A model generated the notes under the pieces. That model searched no databases. It saw only the letters and a list, made by a program, of their open reading frames with translations, and was not told where the DNA came from. A DNA stretch of 64,000 nucleotides, taken from an uncultured Candidatus Saccharibacteria bacterium (GTDB taxonomy: Bacteria > Patescibacteriota > WWE3 > UBA101185 > UBA10185). The stretch spans positions 130,252-194,251 of the forward strand of contig CAYLMU010000001.1 of the NCBI GenBank assembly GCA_964385105.1, read 5' to 3'. Of this stretch, positions 38,424 to 47,574 are shown in pieces. The first letter of the stretch is position 1; each line of letters begins with the position of its first letter. The translations under genes and the position numbers were made by a program.

Positions 38424-39863
38424 ATGTTTAATGTAACGCGGTTTAATGATTTTGAAAGTACAGAGGTGACACAACAACTATTTAACCGAGGCATCCGTTA
38501 TTTGATAGATCCGTCAAAAGGTAATTACTATCAAGATGTACCGTCATTCCCAAATATGCCAAGAGTTTATACCCCGAATTTCGTTGGTTACGATGGTCGT
38601 GTGCGTGCTACAACTATGCCTTTAAGCGGCATTGTTGAGTATGATCCGCTTTTGATTGACGAATTTAGTTTGGGATTACAGATGTATCTTAAGTTTGCAC
38701 ATGCATTTGTGAATACGGATGCAACTCGAAACCTGCTGCTCGCCAATTTATCCCGACCAACTGCTGAAAAGATTGAATTGTATTTACAAGAGCGTATTGA
38801 GTTGAAAAAGGGAACAGTAACACGTATTGATGCGGTTCCCGTGGGTCGTAGGCTTGCGTCTGTTGATACAAACTATCTTCCTCTTGGCTTGGCAAACCAG
38901 CTTGTTGCACAATCTGTTGTAAATGGTTGTTTAACTCACGGCGCCTGGATACATTTATCCGATCTTGCTGAGTTGGGTAATCACAGTGGTATTGTCACGC
39001 AGCTTACTTATCCGGGTTGGATGGCTCATGCAGTTATCGCGGATATGGTTAGTAAGTTTGGTGTAGATTTCTATGTAATTCCTTATGAGTTGCTTGAAGG
39101 TGACGGAAGTGTAGATGGAAAAAAGTTACAGTTGTTCTATGAACAGCTTTATTCAGTTCTTCCTATATCCACGCGAAAAATTCCTGACAAAAAGTTTACT
39201 CCACCCGGAATAGTTCGTTGTTGCCGGGAAAAACTCACTCAAAGTCCCACTACTCAAGTTGTAAACCCTTTTGGGCAGTACTCGCTAGACAGTCACATCT
39301 TAACAACAATGCCCTTTGTTCCGGGAATTGATGAGTTTATGAAAAATGTTGGTTTTGTTGGGAATTTTGATGTGGTCCGGGCTTCTCATATGCCTGGCAC
39401 CGTCGCAAGGCACACTGAAGGATTGGTGGAAATTGCCGTTGGTATAGAATACAGCGCCGGCGAAACCAAATTCATCTGGTCATCAGGAAATCAGGCGGTA
39501 AGTCTTTTGTTGCAAATTCAGCAACTTGCGGGAATAGACCCTGAGGCAAAAAACACTTGGTATGTAAAAAATGCCGGAAGTACTGGCAAAAAAGGTATTA
39601 TGAGTATTGGTAAAAGCCAATCTGCAGGGTTGCTTGAAAAAGCAAGCGGTAAAGTTGCTTCAATGTTTCCCGATGGTGAAATCTTCACGCTGCAGCCTCA
39701 CGTGCACTTCAAAGTTAGCACTGAACCAGAAGTTCGCCGGGGTAAATTTGAAGCTTACTTTACGGGGCCTGACATGTATCCGATTGGAAGCTTTCTTATG
39801 ACGACGCAACTTAACTCACTGTTTGTGCATGGAGGAAGTTCTACTGATTTGTACTTGGGCTAG
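38424..39863 (+). CDS. hypothetical protein (479 aa), GC-elevated single-gene cassette
   Basis: Strong RBS AAGGAGAA, flanked by large hairpins (38339-38395 and 39883-39929), composition richer in GC than neighbours. Confidence 0.55.
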   Translation: MFNVTRFNDFESTEVTQQLFNRGIRYLIDPSKGNYYQDVPSFPNMPRVYTPNFVGYDGRVRATTMPLSGIVEYDPLLIDEFSLGLQMYLKFAHAFVNTDATRNLLLANLSRPTAEKIELYLQERIELKKGTVTRIDAVPVGRRLASVDTNYLPLGLANQLVAQSVVNGCLTHGAWIHLSDLAELGNHSGIVTQLTYPGWMAHAVIADMVSKFGVDFYVIPYELLEGDGSVDGKKLQLFYEQLYSVLPISTRKIPDKKFTPPGIVRCCREKLTQSPTTQVVNPFGQYSLDSHILTTMPFVPGIDEFMKNVGFVGNFDVVRASHMPGTVARHTEGLVEIAVGIEYSAGETKFIWSSGNQAVSLLLQIQQLAGIDPEAKNTWYVKNAGSTGKKGIMSIGKSQSAGLLEKASGKVASMFPDGEIFTLQPHVHFKVSTEPEVRRGKFEAYFTGPDMYPIGSFLMTTQLNSLFVHGGSSTDLYLG

Positions 39864-39956
39864 ACTGTTATTCTTAGAACCGAGGTGTAGCTATGTGTTG
39901 AGTTAACACTCTTCACTGGTTACACCTCAGCCCGCATAGTAATATTATAAAAAAGT

Positions 39957-41078
39957 ATGATAAATATCAAAGAAGAGCTTAATGCTCTAGTCTCTATTCC
40001 CTCATACGGTGCTGGAGACTTAAAAAAAGAAAATAGAATATGCGAATACCTAAGTGTTTACATAAAAAACAATCTTTCGGATCTAACTATTAGATACAAT
40101 GAAACTAAAGATGGAATAAGAACGCTTGTAGCACTTGGTTCAGACAATCCTGAAATACTTCTTGCTTGTCATATGGATACGGTGCCTCCTTCAAACAGTT
40201 CGCAGCTTAGTCTTTCGGTGCAAGGAGATAAGGCTTTTGGTTTAGGGACAAAGGATATGAAAGGTGGTATTGTAGCAAGCTTGCTGGCTTTAGAAGGGTT
40301 GCAGGATCTAAAAAAAGCTGGACTTGTTTTTTACAGTGATGAGGAGTACGAGCAAAAAGGGATGTTATGTGCGGTTGAATTTCTTAAAGACGAGCTGAAA
40401 ATAAAGCCTAAATTAATAATTTCACCAGAATCACGGTTTAACATTGGGTATGGTGCCAGAGGCATAATTGTGTTGACCATGAAAGTAACAGGAAAAAAAG
40501 CGCACTCGGCCAGACCTCACCTAGGAATCGATGCAATTGACGCAACTTATAAAATACTTCAAAAGCTAAAGGATGAATTTTCTGAATATGAGTCCCAGCT
40601 TGGATACACCACTTTTACCTTATCTTTTATTTCGGGTGGGTCTTTGATGAATGATTCTACAGTAGAAGATTTGCCCGGGAGCATCCCGGATGTATGCTTA
40701 TCTACAATTTCGGTTAGAAATGCAAACAAAAAACTTAACTCGAAGAATCTAAGCTCATATATCATAAAAATAGCAAAAGAGCTAAATGTGGAAGTTGAAC
40801 TAAAAGTGCAAACTGACCATCCTGTAAGAGAAACAGACATTTTGCTGGTAAACAAACTGAGGGCAATTGCTAAACAAAAAGCAGGTTTTGATTTAGAACT
40901 TGGAGACCCAAAGCTTGCAGGCTACAACGACGCTGCAATATTGGCACAAGCCATGGATGTACCTGTTATAAATTTTGGGCCATATGGTGAAGATAATCAC
41001 ACTCAAAACGAATGGGTGAGTTTAAACAGTATCAAAGACACAGCCAATGTTTTGAGGTTGTGGATTGAAAATTTCTAA
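39957..41078 (+). CDS. M20-family metallopeptidase (ArgE/DapE-like)
   Basis: LACHMDTVPP, GTKDMKGG, DEEYE metal-ligand pattern. Confidence 0.75.
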   Translation: MINIKEELNALVSIPSYGAGDLKKENRICEYLSVYIKNNLSDLTIRYNETKDGIRTLVALGSDNPEILLACHMDTVPPSNSSQLSLSVQGDKAFGLGTKDMKGGIVASLLALEGLQDLKKAGLVFYSDEEYEQKGMLCAVEFLKDELKIKPKLIISPESRFNIGYGARGIIVLTMKVTGKKAHSARPHLGIDAIDATYKILQKLKDEFSEYESQLGYTTFTLSFISGGSLMNDSTVEDLPGSIPDVCLSTISVRNANKKLNSKNLSSYIIKIAKELNVEVELKVQTDHPVRETDILLVNKLRAIAKQKAGFDLELGDPKLAGYNDAAILAQAMDVPVINFGPYGEDNHTQNEWVSLNSIKDTANVLRLWIENF

Positions 41079-41227
41079 ACCTAACCTTCACCTAAGCCAA
41101 GTCAACAATTGCTCTTTCTACAATTGGAAAGTTGGCTTGAGGAGTGTTTGAGAGGTTCATCATAGAAATTATTTCGGCTCTTATTAAACTCAGAATACAA
41201 TGATTTTTTAACTGGTAGAATTTAACT

Positions 41228-42037
41228 ATGTCAAAACAAATTCAATACTTACAATCCCTAAAGCTTGATACGGATTTAGACCAACACTTTCTTATATCAG
41301 AAAAAATAATAAAAGAAATTGTTGAACAAGCTAATCTAACAAACACTGATGTTGTGTTAGAAATAGGAGCCGGTATAGGAAATTTAACTAAATTTTTAGC
41401 AGCGGGTGCCGGCAGGGTAATAGCAGTTGAATATGACAAAAGATTTATGAGTCAATTAAATGAGCTTCCTCAAAATGTAAGTATAATTTTTGAGAGTGCA
41501 ACACAAATTCCTGTAGTTCGACAAGGAGGTAAGGTATGGAAAACAAAAGAGTACAACAAGATTATTTCAGCTCCGCCGTATTCTATTTTGGAATGGTGGC
41601 TACATAATATAACTTTTGTGAAATTTGATTTATCACTATTAGTTGTACCTGAGGGATTTTTTTATTCAGTAAGAGAGAATTGTGTATTTAGCTCTTTTTT
41701 TGAGCCCGAGATTGTATTTATGGTTCCAAAAGATGCATTTTACCCTAAGCCCAAAACAAACTCGGTGTTAATGAAACTTAATAGACTGCCAGATGCGATT
41801 GACACAAAAAATTTAAGTTTATTTCTAAGTCAATATCTTTACCAATGCGAAGATAGAAAAGTTAAAAATACCTTAAGGGAAGGCTTAATACAGTGGGAAA
41901 AGTCAGTCAATAACAAAGAATTATCCAAAAAAGAAGCCCACGGAATAATAGAAAAAAAGAATTTTACCAAATCACTATTAGAACAACCTCCGAATAACAA
42001 AACTATTTATTTAGAAGTGAAAGAAAAGTTTAAATAA
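41228..42037 (+). CDS. rsmA: 16S rRNA (adenine1518/1519-N6)-dimethyltransferase RsmA/KsgA family
   Basis: DQHFLI, LEIGAGIGNLT motifs. Confidence 0.8.
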   Translation: MSKQIQYLQSLKLDTDLDQHFLISEKIIKEIVEQANLTNTDVVLEIGAGIGNLTKFLAAGAGRVIAVEYDKRFMSQLNELPQNVSIIFESATQIPVVRQGGKVWKTKEYNKIISAPPYSILEWWLHNITFVKFDLSLLVVPEGFFYSVRENCVFSSFFEPEIVFMVPKDAFYPKPKTNSVLMKLNRLPDAIDTKNLSLFLSQYLYQCEDRKVKNTLREGLIQWEKSVNNKELSKKEAHGIIEKKNFTKSLLEQPPNNKTIYLEVKEKFK

Positions 42038-42111
42038 TTCGTTGAGCATCAGTTAGTGCTATAATGCTCTAAATCAGCCCAAAGAAAAAATGGAAAAAAG
42101 GAGTAAGCGAG

Positions 42112-42801
42112 ATGTTGAAGCGTTCATACATGGTTGTGCTTGTTATTGTTGCTTTGTGTGCATTTAGTTTGATTTCGACGAGTCAAGTGCGGAGTACAGA
42201 GACCGAAGAAGAGGAATATGGAGTTATTGAGCTTTGGGCATGTCAAGATGATGATGAAAATCAAATGTGCTTGAGTTCAGATGATTCCTATATTGACGGT
42301 GTTTTAGGATGTTTAGTTTACCCGGATGGGAGTGAAAGCTGTCGTACAACCGAAGATGGTTTTTACTTCTGGGATGTACCGATTGATGCGGTTTACACAT
42401 TATATGTGAACGATTCACAATCTCCTCCGGGCATGTATTTGGATTCTGTGTTGTGCCATACTTACCCTGGAGAGGAGTATAATCTTTGTACATATCAACG
42501 TACAGTTGAGGGTTTACAAGCGGAAATAACCTTTGATGGTGTTGAGAATGGGATTCAGGTCAGCTTTGTGTTTAAGCCCATAGCAAATGCAACCCCAACT
42601 CCTATAATCACACCGACACCATCAGCGACGCTCAATTCCACGGCCAGTCCCACATCCACGGCAAGCGTCACCAACACACCAACAGCAACATCAACGCAAA
42701 TGCCCACAGCGACGCTCCCAGCAAGTACCGTAGCACCTTCACCTACGTCAACTTTGGAACATAGGCTGTTTAGGTATTTTTTACCAACCACGTTTCGTTA
42801 A
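42112..42801 (+). CDS. secreted Cys-containing protein with Thr/Pro/Ser-rich C-terminal tail; GC-elevated
   Basis: Signal peptide, 8 Cys, TPTPIITPTPSATLNSTASPTSTASVTNTPTATSTQ low-complexity tail. Promoter TTCGTT-N16-TATAAT upstream. Confidence 0.55.
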   Translation: MLKRSYMVVLVIVALCAFSLISTSQVRSTETEEEEYGVIELWACQDDDENQMCLSSDDSYIDGVLGCLVYPDGSESCRTTEDGFYFWDVPIDAVYTLYVNDSQSPPGMYLDSVLCHTYPGEEYNLCTYQRTVEGLQAEITFDGVENGIQVSFVFKPIANATPTPIITPTPSATLNSTASPTSTASVTNTPTATSTQMPTATLPASTVAPSPTSTLEHRLFRYFLPTTFR

Positions 42802-42891
42802 AGTATACGGGTGTTAGTTAAGACCTGGCTAACACCCATTTTGTTAAAATCAGCATATGAACCACGAAAAATCTCACTTAATCCCATAATT

Positions 42892-43455
42892 TCACAACCT
42901 CTTTAAACCTTTGTCGCTATAAATCATTATATTTTGCCCCTTAAAATCTAATTTATGCTGCTTAACGTTAAATCCTTTACTCACAGCATATTCAACAAGT
43001 GATTCAAGCCAGTCGACATTAGAAGTTTTTATAATAGGTTCATCTATAACACAACATGGTAGTAACAAGAAATCCTTTTTGTATTTTTCGCATGCGTTAA
43101 TTATTTGTATGTTGCTACCGTGTGCATGTAAACCAACTACTAAGTCAAAATTTTGTACCATTTCTTCTTTAAATGTTGAAATAATCCGTGGGATTTCCTT
43201 TTGTTCTACGTTAGAAAGTTTTACTTGCTTTCTTGTATTCAAATCACGATATTTCAATGGTCTAAAATTATTTTCAGGGTCAACGACTATGGCTTGCCAG
43301 CCCGACTGGTTTAATAGATAAGTGAGTAAGCCCTTTCCTCCACCAACATCCAAAACTTTAGATGGTATATAATTTTGTATTAACAACTCGGATAATAGTT
43401 GAAATCGGTATTTTTTGTTTTTTCTAGGTTTTCTTCGAATTGTATTTTGGCTCAT
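42892..43455 (-). CDS. class I SAM-dependent methyltransferase
   Basis: VLDVGGGKGLL motif I. Leaderless start at MSQNTI, 9 nt after TATAAT. Confidence 0.6.
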   Translation of the reverse strand: MSQNTIRRKPRKNKKYRFQLLSELLIQNYIPSKVLDVGGGKGLLTYLLNQSGWQAIVVDPENNFRPLKYRDLNTRKQVKLSNVEQKEIPRIISTFKEEMVQNFDLVVGLHAHGSNIQIINACEKYKKDFLLLPCCVIDEPIIKTSNVDWLESLVEYAVSKGFNVKQHKLDFKGQNIMIYSDKGLKRL

Positions 43456-43487
43456 GACGCCTGTATTATACTTGGTATACTTTTCAT

Positions 43488-44084
43488 ATGGAATCACTCA
43501 ATGAATTAACAAATTTTTTATTTGAAGTGGGAACTTTAAGAAAGATTCCACGTGCTCATAGGCAAAATCTATTATCCGAAGACACTACCGATAATATTTC
43601 ATCGCATAAGTTTAGAGTGGCCTGGATTGGTTGGTTCTTGGCTAAACTTGAAAACGCCGATCCTTATAAGATAGTTATGATGTGTTTGTTACACGATCTT
43701 CCCGAAGCCAGAAGCAATGATCAAAACTGGATTCATAAGAATTACGTAAAAGTTTATGAAGATGAAATCATTGCAGACCAATTAAAAGGTATACCCGCAA
43801 GTGAAGAGCTTCAAGAAATATTTAGTGAGTACGAGAAGAGAGAAAGTTTAGAATCAGTACTTGCCAAAGACGCTGATATTTTGGATCAAATATTACTTCT
43901 AAAAGAACATGCACATACCGGGAATAAAGAAGCGGAACTCTGGCTTGAATTAGATGATTTTGAAAACAAAAGTCAGCAATATCTCAGCCTTAAAACAGAA
44001 ACGGCCAAACAACTTGCCAAAAAGATTGTAAAGGCTAAGGTTGGTGACTGGTGGAAATCAAACTGGTCAAAAAATCGAAGATAA
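43488..44084 (+). CDS. HD-domain phosphohydrolase (YfbR-like 5'-deoxynucleotidase)
   Basis: H...HD...D motif (LLHDLPEA). Confidence 0.7.
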   Translation: MESLNELTNFLFEVGTLRKIPRAHRQNLLSEDTTDNISSHKFRVAWIGWFLAKLENADPYKIVMMCLLHDLPEARSNDQNWIHKNYVKVYEDEIIADQLKGIPASEELQEIFSEYEKRESLESVLAKDADILDQILLLKEHAHTGNKEAELWLELDDFENKSQQYLSLKTETAKQLAKKIVKAKVGDWWKSNWSKNRR

Positions 44085-44102
44085 AGATAGTAAATATAAT
44101 AC

Positions 44103-44684
44103 TCAGGTAGATTTTTTATCAAAAAGCAAAACGCCAAACACTGAACCCAAAAATCCACCCACAGTAGACATAGCCAAATCACCTATAGTATCGTTGTATG
44201 ATAAGTGTAGTCCGCTTACATACCCCATGCCATCAACCGAAACAACCCATTCAGCTACTTCCCAAATCACAATTAGTAAAGCTCCAAGACTTACTCCAAA
44301 TAAGACATTTTCTTTTTTTGACAAGCCAATCGAAGAGTTGATATTTTTTTGAAATCTAAATGCATGAAATGCCATAACCACAAAAACCCAGTTTACCGCA
44401 TGTATAACGTCATCAAATATAGTAATTCTGTCGAATAAGCCAAATAAATTACCTAGTGTATCAAGCAAAAAAGGAATTGTAATTAATGCATCAGTAGCAT
44501 GAGGATAAGTTTTCCAGTTTTTCACACGGCTCAATATAGGAAAAAGTACAATAATTCCCAAAAAAAACGGAGCTCTAAACTCCATGCCCTTACCCGATAA
44601 ATGATCAAAATCAAACAAAAAAACAATTATAAAACACACAAGTAAACCAAGTTTAAGAGCTATATTTAAATTTTTATAATTCAT
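44103..44684 (-). CDS. polytopic membrane protein (YjdF/DUF2238-like)
   Basis: Multiple TM. Weak family resemblance. Confidence 0.35.
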   Translation of the reverse strand: MNYKNLNIALKLGLLVCFIIVFLFDFDHLSGKGMEFRAPFFLGIIVLFPILSRVKNWKTYPHATDALITIPFLLDTLGNLFGLFDRITIFDDVIHAVNWVFVVMAFHAFRFQKNINSSIGLSKKENVLFGVSLGALLIVIWEVAEWVVSVDGMGYVSGLHLSYNDTIGDLAMSTVGGFLGSVFGVLLFDKKST

Positions 44685-44702
44685 AATTAAATAATACCGT
44701 AT

Positions 44703-46436
44703 TTATGGGTTATTACAGTAAACCCCCACGACCGGGTTTTTACCTAAAATACTATAAATCGGTGAAAAATACTCTTTTTTAATAAATATGTCATCACGAT
44801 GTTGTGAAACCGGTTCAACCCCCGGAACAGTAGTATTACCAAAAATCCTGGGATTTGTTATATATTTGTTTATCGTGCGGCTATTCTCAAATCTGTGTAA
44901 AACTTTGTATAAAAAGTTTCCCTCGCCTTCAACTATGTAGTGGTGTACAAAGCATTCGTACGCAAGAGCGCCTGGTACTTTTTCATCAATTTGGGACGGA
45001 TGATTAAATCTGTTTGTGTGCATAAATCTGGTGAAAGTACCGTCAACAAAAATATTGGTAACAAGATTTCTTTCTATTTGCATTTGTTTGGCTAACTCCC
45101 ACTTTATGTCGAGCTTGCGGTAATAGTCAGTTGTTAACAAAATAGTTATAACCGGCAAAATAATTAAACCACCAAAACCTATGTAGTATTGTTTTGCGGT
45201 TAGTTTGGGAGTCTTTATGCCCACAAATAAAATGCTAAGGGCAAAAAAGTTAATTAAATACCTGTCGTAAAATTCCGCAGTCGCTAATGCAACGGCAATT
45301 ACCATACCAAGCATTCCTAGTGAGCATAACAAAATTGTTAATGCCGGTCGGGTAGTATTTTTGAAAAGGGAAGACAGCATATGTAATAATCCAAAAGACA
45401 TCATGCTTGCATAAAAGCTTAAAAATAGTTTAAAGGGAATATTGTCAAAAATGTGAATATAATGAACAAAATTGCTTTTTCCGTATAATTCTTCAATATA
45501 AAAGACATTTCCTATTGGAAAAATATCGGCATTGTACACAGGTATAAATGAAATTAAAGCCCCGAGTAAAAGAATTAGCAGAGTTTTTTTGTTCAGGGTA
45601 GCCCAATGAGTAATTATGAATGGTGATAGAAAAAAGCCGGTATAAGTTAAAATGTAAGGGAAGAGCCGTATTGTGCTAATTACTCCGCTTCTATCTGAAT
45701 TCATGATTTTTTCTGGTAAAACCATATTGCCACTTTGAGGCCATGTTGAAGATATAATTATGGCAATTGCAAAAGGTGTAATTAACCTGATTAATGAGTT
45801 AAATTTAAGTGTTTTTGTGCCGTTTAAATAAAGTGCATTAAGGTATACGGGTAGAAGAACAAGTCCAAATTGTCTAATGAGTAAACTTGCACTACCCAAA
45901 ATTCCTGCGTATAGCAGTGTGTTGTGATTTTTTTGAAGCATAAATTTAATAAAAAAATATAAACTCCAAATACAAAAAGTTAAGAAGTAAATTTCGGTCA
46001 TAAAAGTTAGTGATGAGTTGTACAAAAGGGGGTTAAATGCTGTTGTTAACAACACAAGTGCCACAATACCATCGGTTTTATTTAGAGCTTTCAAAATTTT
46101 AAAAATTCCAAACAAAAAGCCTATAAAAAAGATAATGGTTAGAATTCTTAAATTTAAAAAACTTAAACCAAAAATTCTCGCCCATGCTGCACCTATAAGC
46201 CCTTGAAGTATAAATTCAGCATCAGTAAACGAACTTTTTTGATATATGCCATTTAAAAAAAATCTAGTGTTGAGAAAAAAATCCCAGTCATCGTTTATTG
46301 AATATTCGCCAAATGGCCAAACAAATAAAAGTGACAGAAAGTAAAATCCTATAGTTACAATGAAAGGCCACGATTTAAAATGTTTTATGTTCATGTGAGC
46401 TGTTTTATTATACAAAAATAGATTCATAGCCCACAT
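44703..46436 (-). CDS. GT-C fold membrane glycosyltransferase (ArnT/PMT-like, GT39/GT83)
   Basis: ~12 TM. First extracytoplasmic loop has INDDWDFF (DE-like motif). Confidence 0.6.
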   Translation of the reverse strand: MWAMNLFLYNKTAHMNIKHFKSWPFIVTIGFYFLSLLFVWPFGEYSINDDWDFFLNTRFFLNGIYQKSSFTDAEFILQGLIGAAWARIFGLSFLNLRILTIIFFIGFLFGIFKILKALNKTDGIVALVLLTTAFNPLLYNSSLTFMTEIYFLTFCIWSLYFFIKFMLQKNHNTLLYAGILGSASLLIRQFGLVLLPVYLNALYLNGTKTLKFNSLIRLITPFAIAIIISSTWPQSGNMVLPEKIMNSDRSGVISTIRLFPYILTYTGFFLSPFIITHWATLNKKTLLILLLGALISFIPVYNADIFPIGNVFYIEELYGKSNFVHYIHIFDNIPFKLFLSFYASMMSFGLLHMLSSLFKNTTRPALTILLCSLGMLGMVIAVALATAEFYDRYLINFFALSILFVGIKTPKLTAKQYYIGFGGLIILPVITILLTTDYYRKLDIKWELAKQMQIERNLVTNIFVDGTFTRFMHTNRFNHPSQIDEKVPGALAYECFVHHYIVEGEGNFLYKVLHRFENSRTINKYITNPRIFGNTTVPGVEPVSQHRDDIFIKKEYFSPIYSILGKNPVVGVYCNNP

Positions 46437-46482
46437 ATTTGGTATTATTTATTTAGTAAGTCAATAAATTTAAGGAGAATTA

Positions 46483-47262
46483 ATGGAAAATAAGAAAAAA
46501 ATTATTATTTTTGGAACTTTAGGTATTATTTCTATCATTGTTGCAGGTTTAATCTTTTTAAGAAATTCAAGCCAAAAAACTAGTCAAACAGATTTGGCGT
46601 CTAATGTCTCAGGTGTTACCGGGGTAAACGGAGTAGTGGTTAGAGAGCAATTTGCAGGTGATTTTGTGCTTATTGATGCAGTTAAACTGGCAGAAAGAGG
46701 TTTTGTTGCAATTCATTTGCAGGAAGATGGTGAACCTGGTGTTTTAATAGGAAGTAGTGAATTAGTTGTAACCGAAGCAACAGATATAAAAATTCCTTTA
46801 GGAAGGCCGGTTGTAGAGGGTGAAGTTATTTATGTCATGTTGTATACAGATGTAAACGATGACGGGGAATTATTATTTGATACTGATACTCCGGTTTTAG
46901 ACGAAGATGGTAATGTAATTTCTCATCAGATAGTAGTAGGTCCCGAGCAATCACTTGAAGGAAGCGCTGATGAAACAGAATCGGTGTTTGAATCAATTAT
47001 CAATGAGTCAAACGTAAATATTTCGTCAAGAGATTATTCATTTGAACCTGCTCAAATTAATGTGAGTGGGGGTACTATAACAGTAACCGTAACCGAAAAT
47101 ATGGGAGATCACACATTTGTTATTGATGAGCTTGGCGTTAACGAGGTGCTTGAGACAGGCAAAACATTTTCATTTGAAGCAGCTCCGGGAACTTACACCT
47201 TTTATTGCGGGGTAGGGAATCATAAGGCGCTTGGCATGGAAGGTACATTGGTTGTTGAATAA
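46483..47262 (+). CDS. membrane-anchored cupredoxin (type-1 copper, plastocyanin/azurin-like) protein
   Basis: C-terminal GDHTF...YTFYCGVGNHKALGMEGTLVV copper-ligand pattern (H, C, H, M). Confidence 0.7.
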   Translation: MENKKKIIIFGTLGIISIIVAGLIFLRNSSQKTSQTDLASNVSGVTGVNGVVVREQFAGDFVLIDAVKLAERGFVAIHLQEDGEPGVLIGSSELVVTEATDIKIPLGRPVVEGEVIYVMLYTDVNDDGELLFDTDTPVLDEDGNVISHQIVVGPEQSLEGSADETESVFESIINESNVNISSRDYSFEPAQINVSGGTITVTVTENMGDHTFVIDELGVNEVLETGKTFSFEAAPGTYTFYCGVGNHKALGMEGTLVVE

Positions 47263-47385
47263 AGAATTCATTGTTCTATCGAATTCTTAACATTGGCTTA
47301 ATAAACAAATAACAAAATAATCATAAAAGTAAACTATCACTTAGTTTACTAAAGGAGGTGTAGGAATATTTTAAAAACCTACGGA

Positions 47386-47574
47386 ATGACAAATCCCGTA
47401 CAACTTCAGGAATATCTATCGGGAATAGATTATCCAGCCAGCAAGGACATTATTTTACATAGAGCAACCGAAAATAATGCCACAGAAGATGTATTGAGTG
47501 TGCTGGGAAGAATTCCTGATAGTAAATACCAGACTCCTGCTGACTTAAGCCGTGCTTTAGGTGATGTTTTATAG
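47386..47574 (+). CDS. DUF2795 family small protein
   Basis: LQEYLSGIDYPASKDIILHRATENNATEDVLSVL...Y.TPADL matches the DUF2795 pattern. AAAGGAGGTG RBS. Confidence 0.65.
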   Translation: MTNPVQLQEYLSGIDYPASKDIILHRATENNATEDVLSVLGRIPDSKYQTPADLSRALGDVL

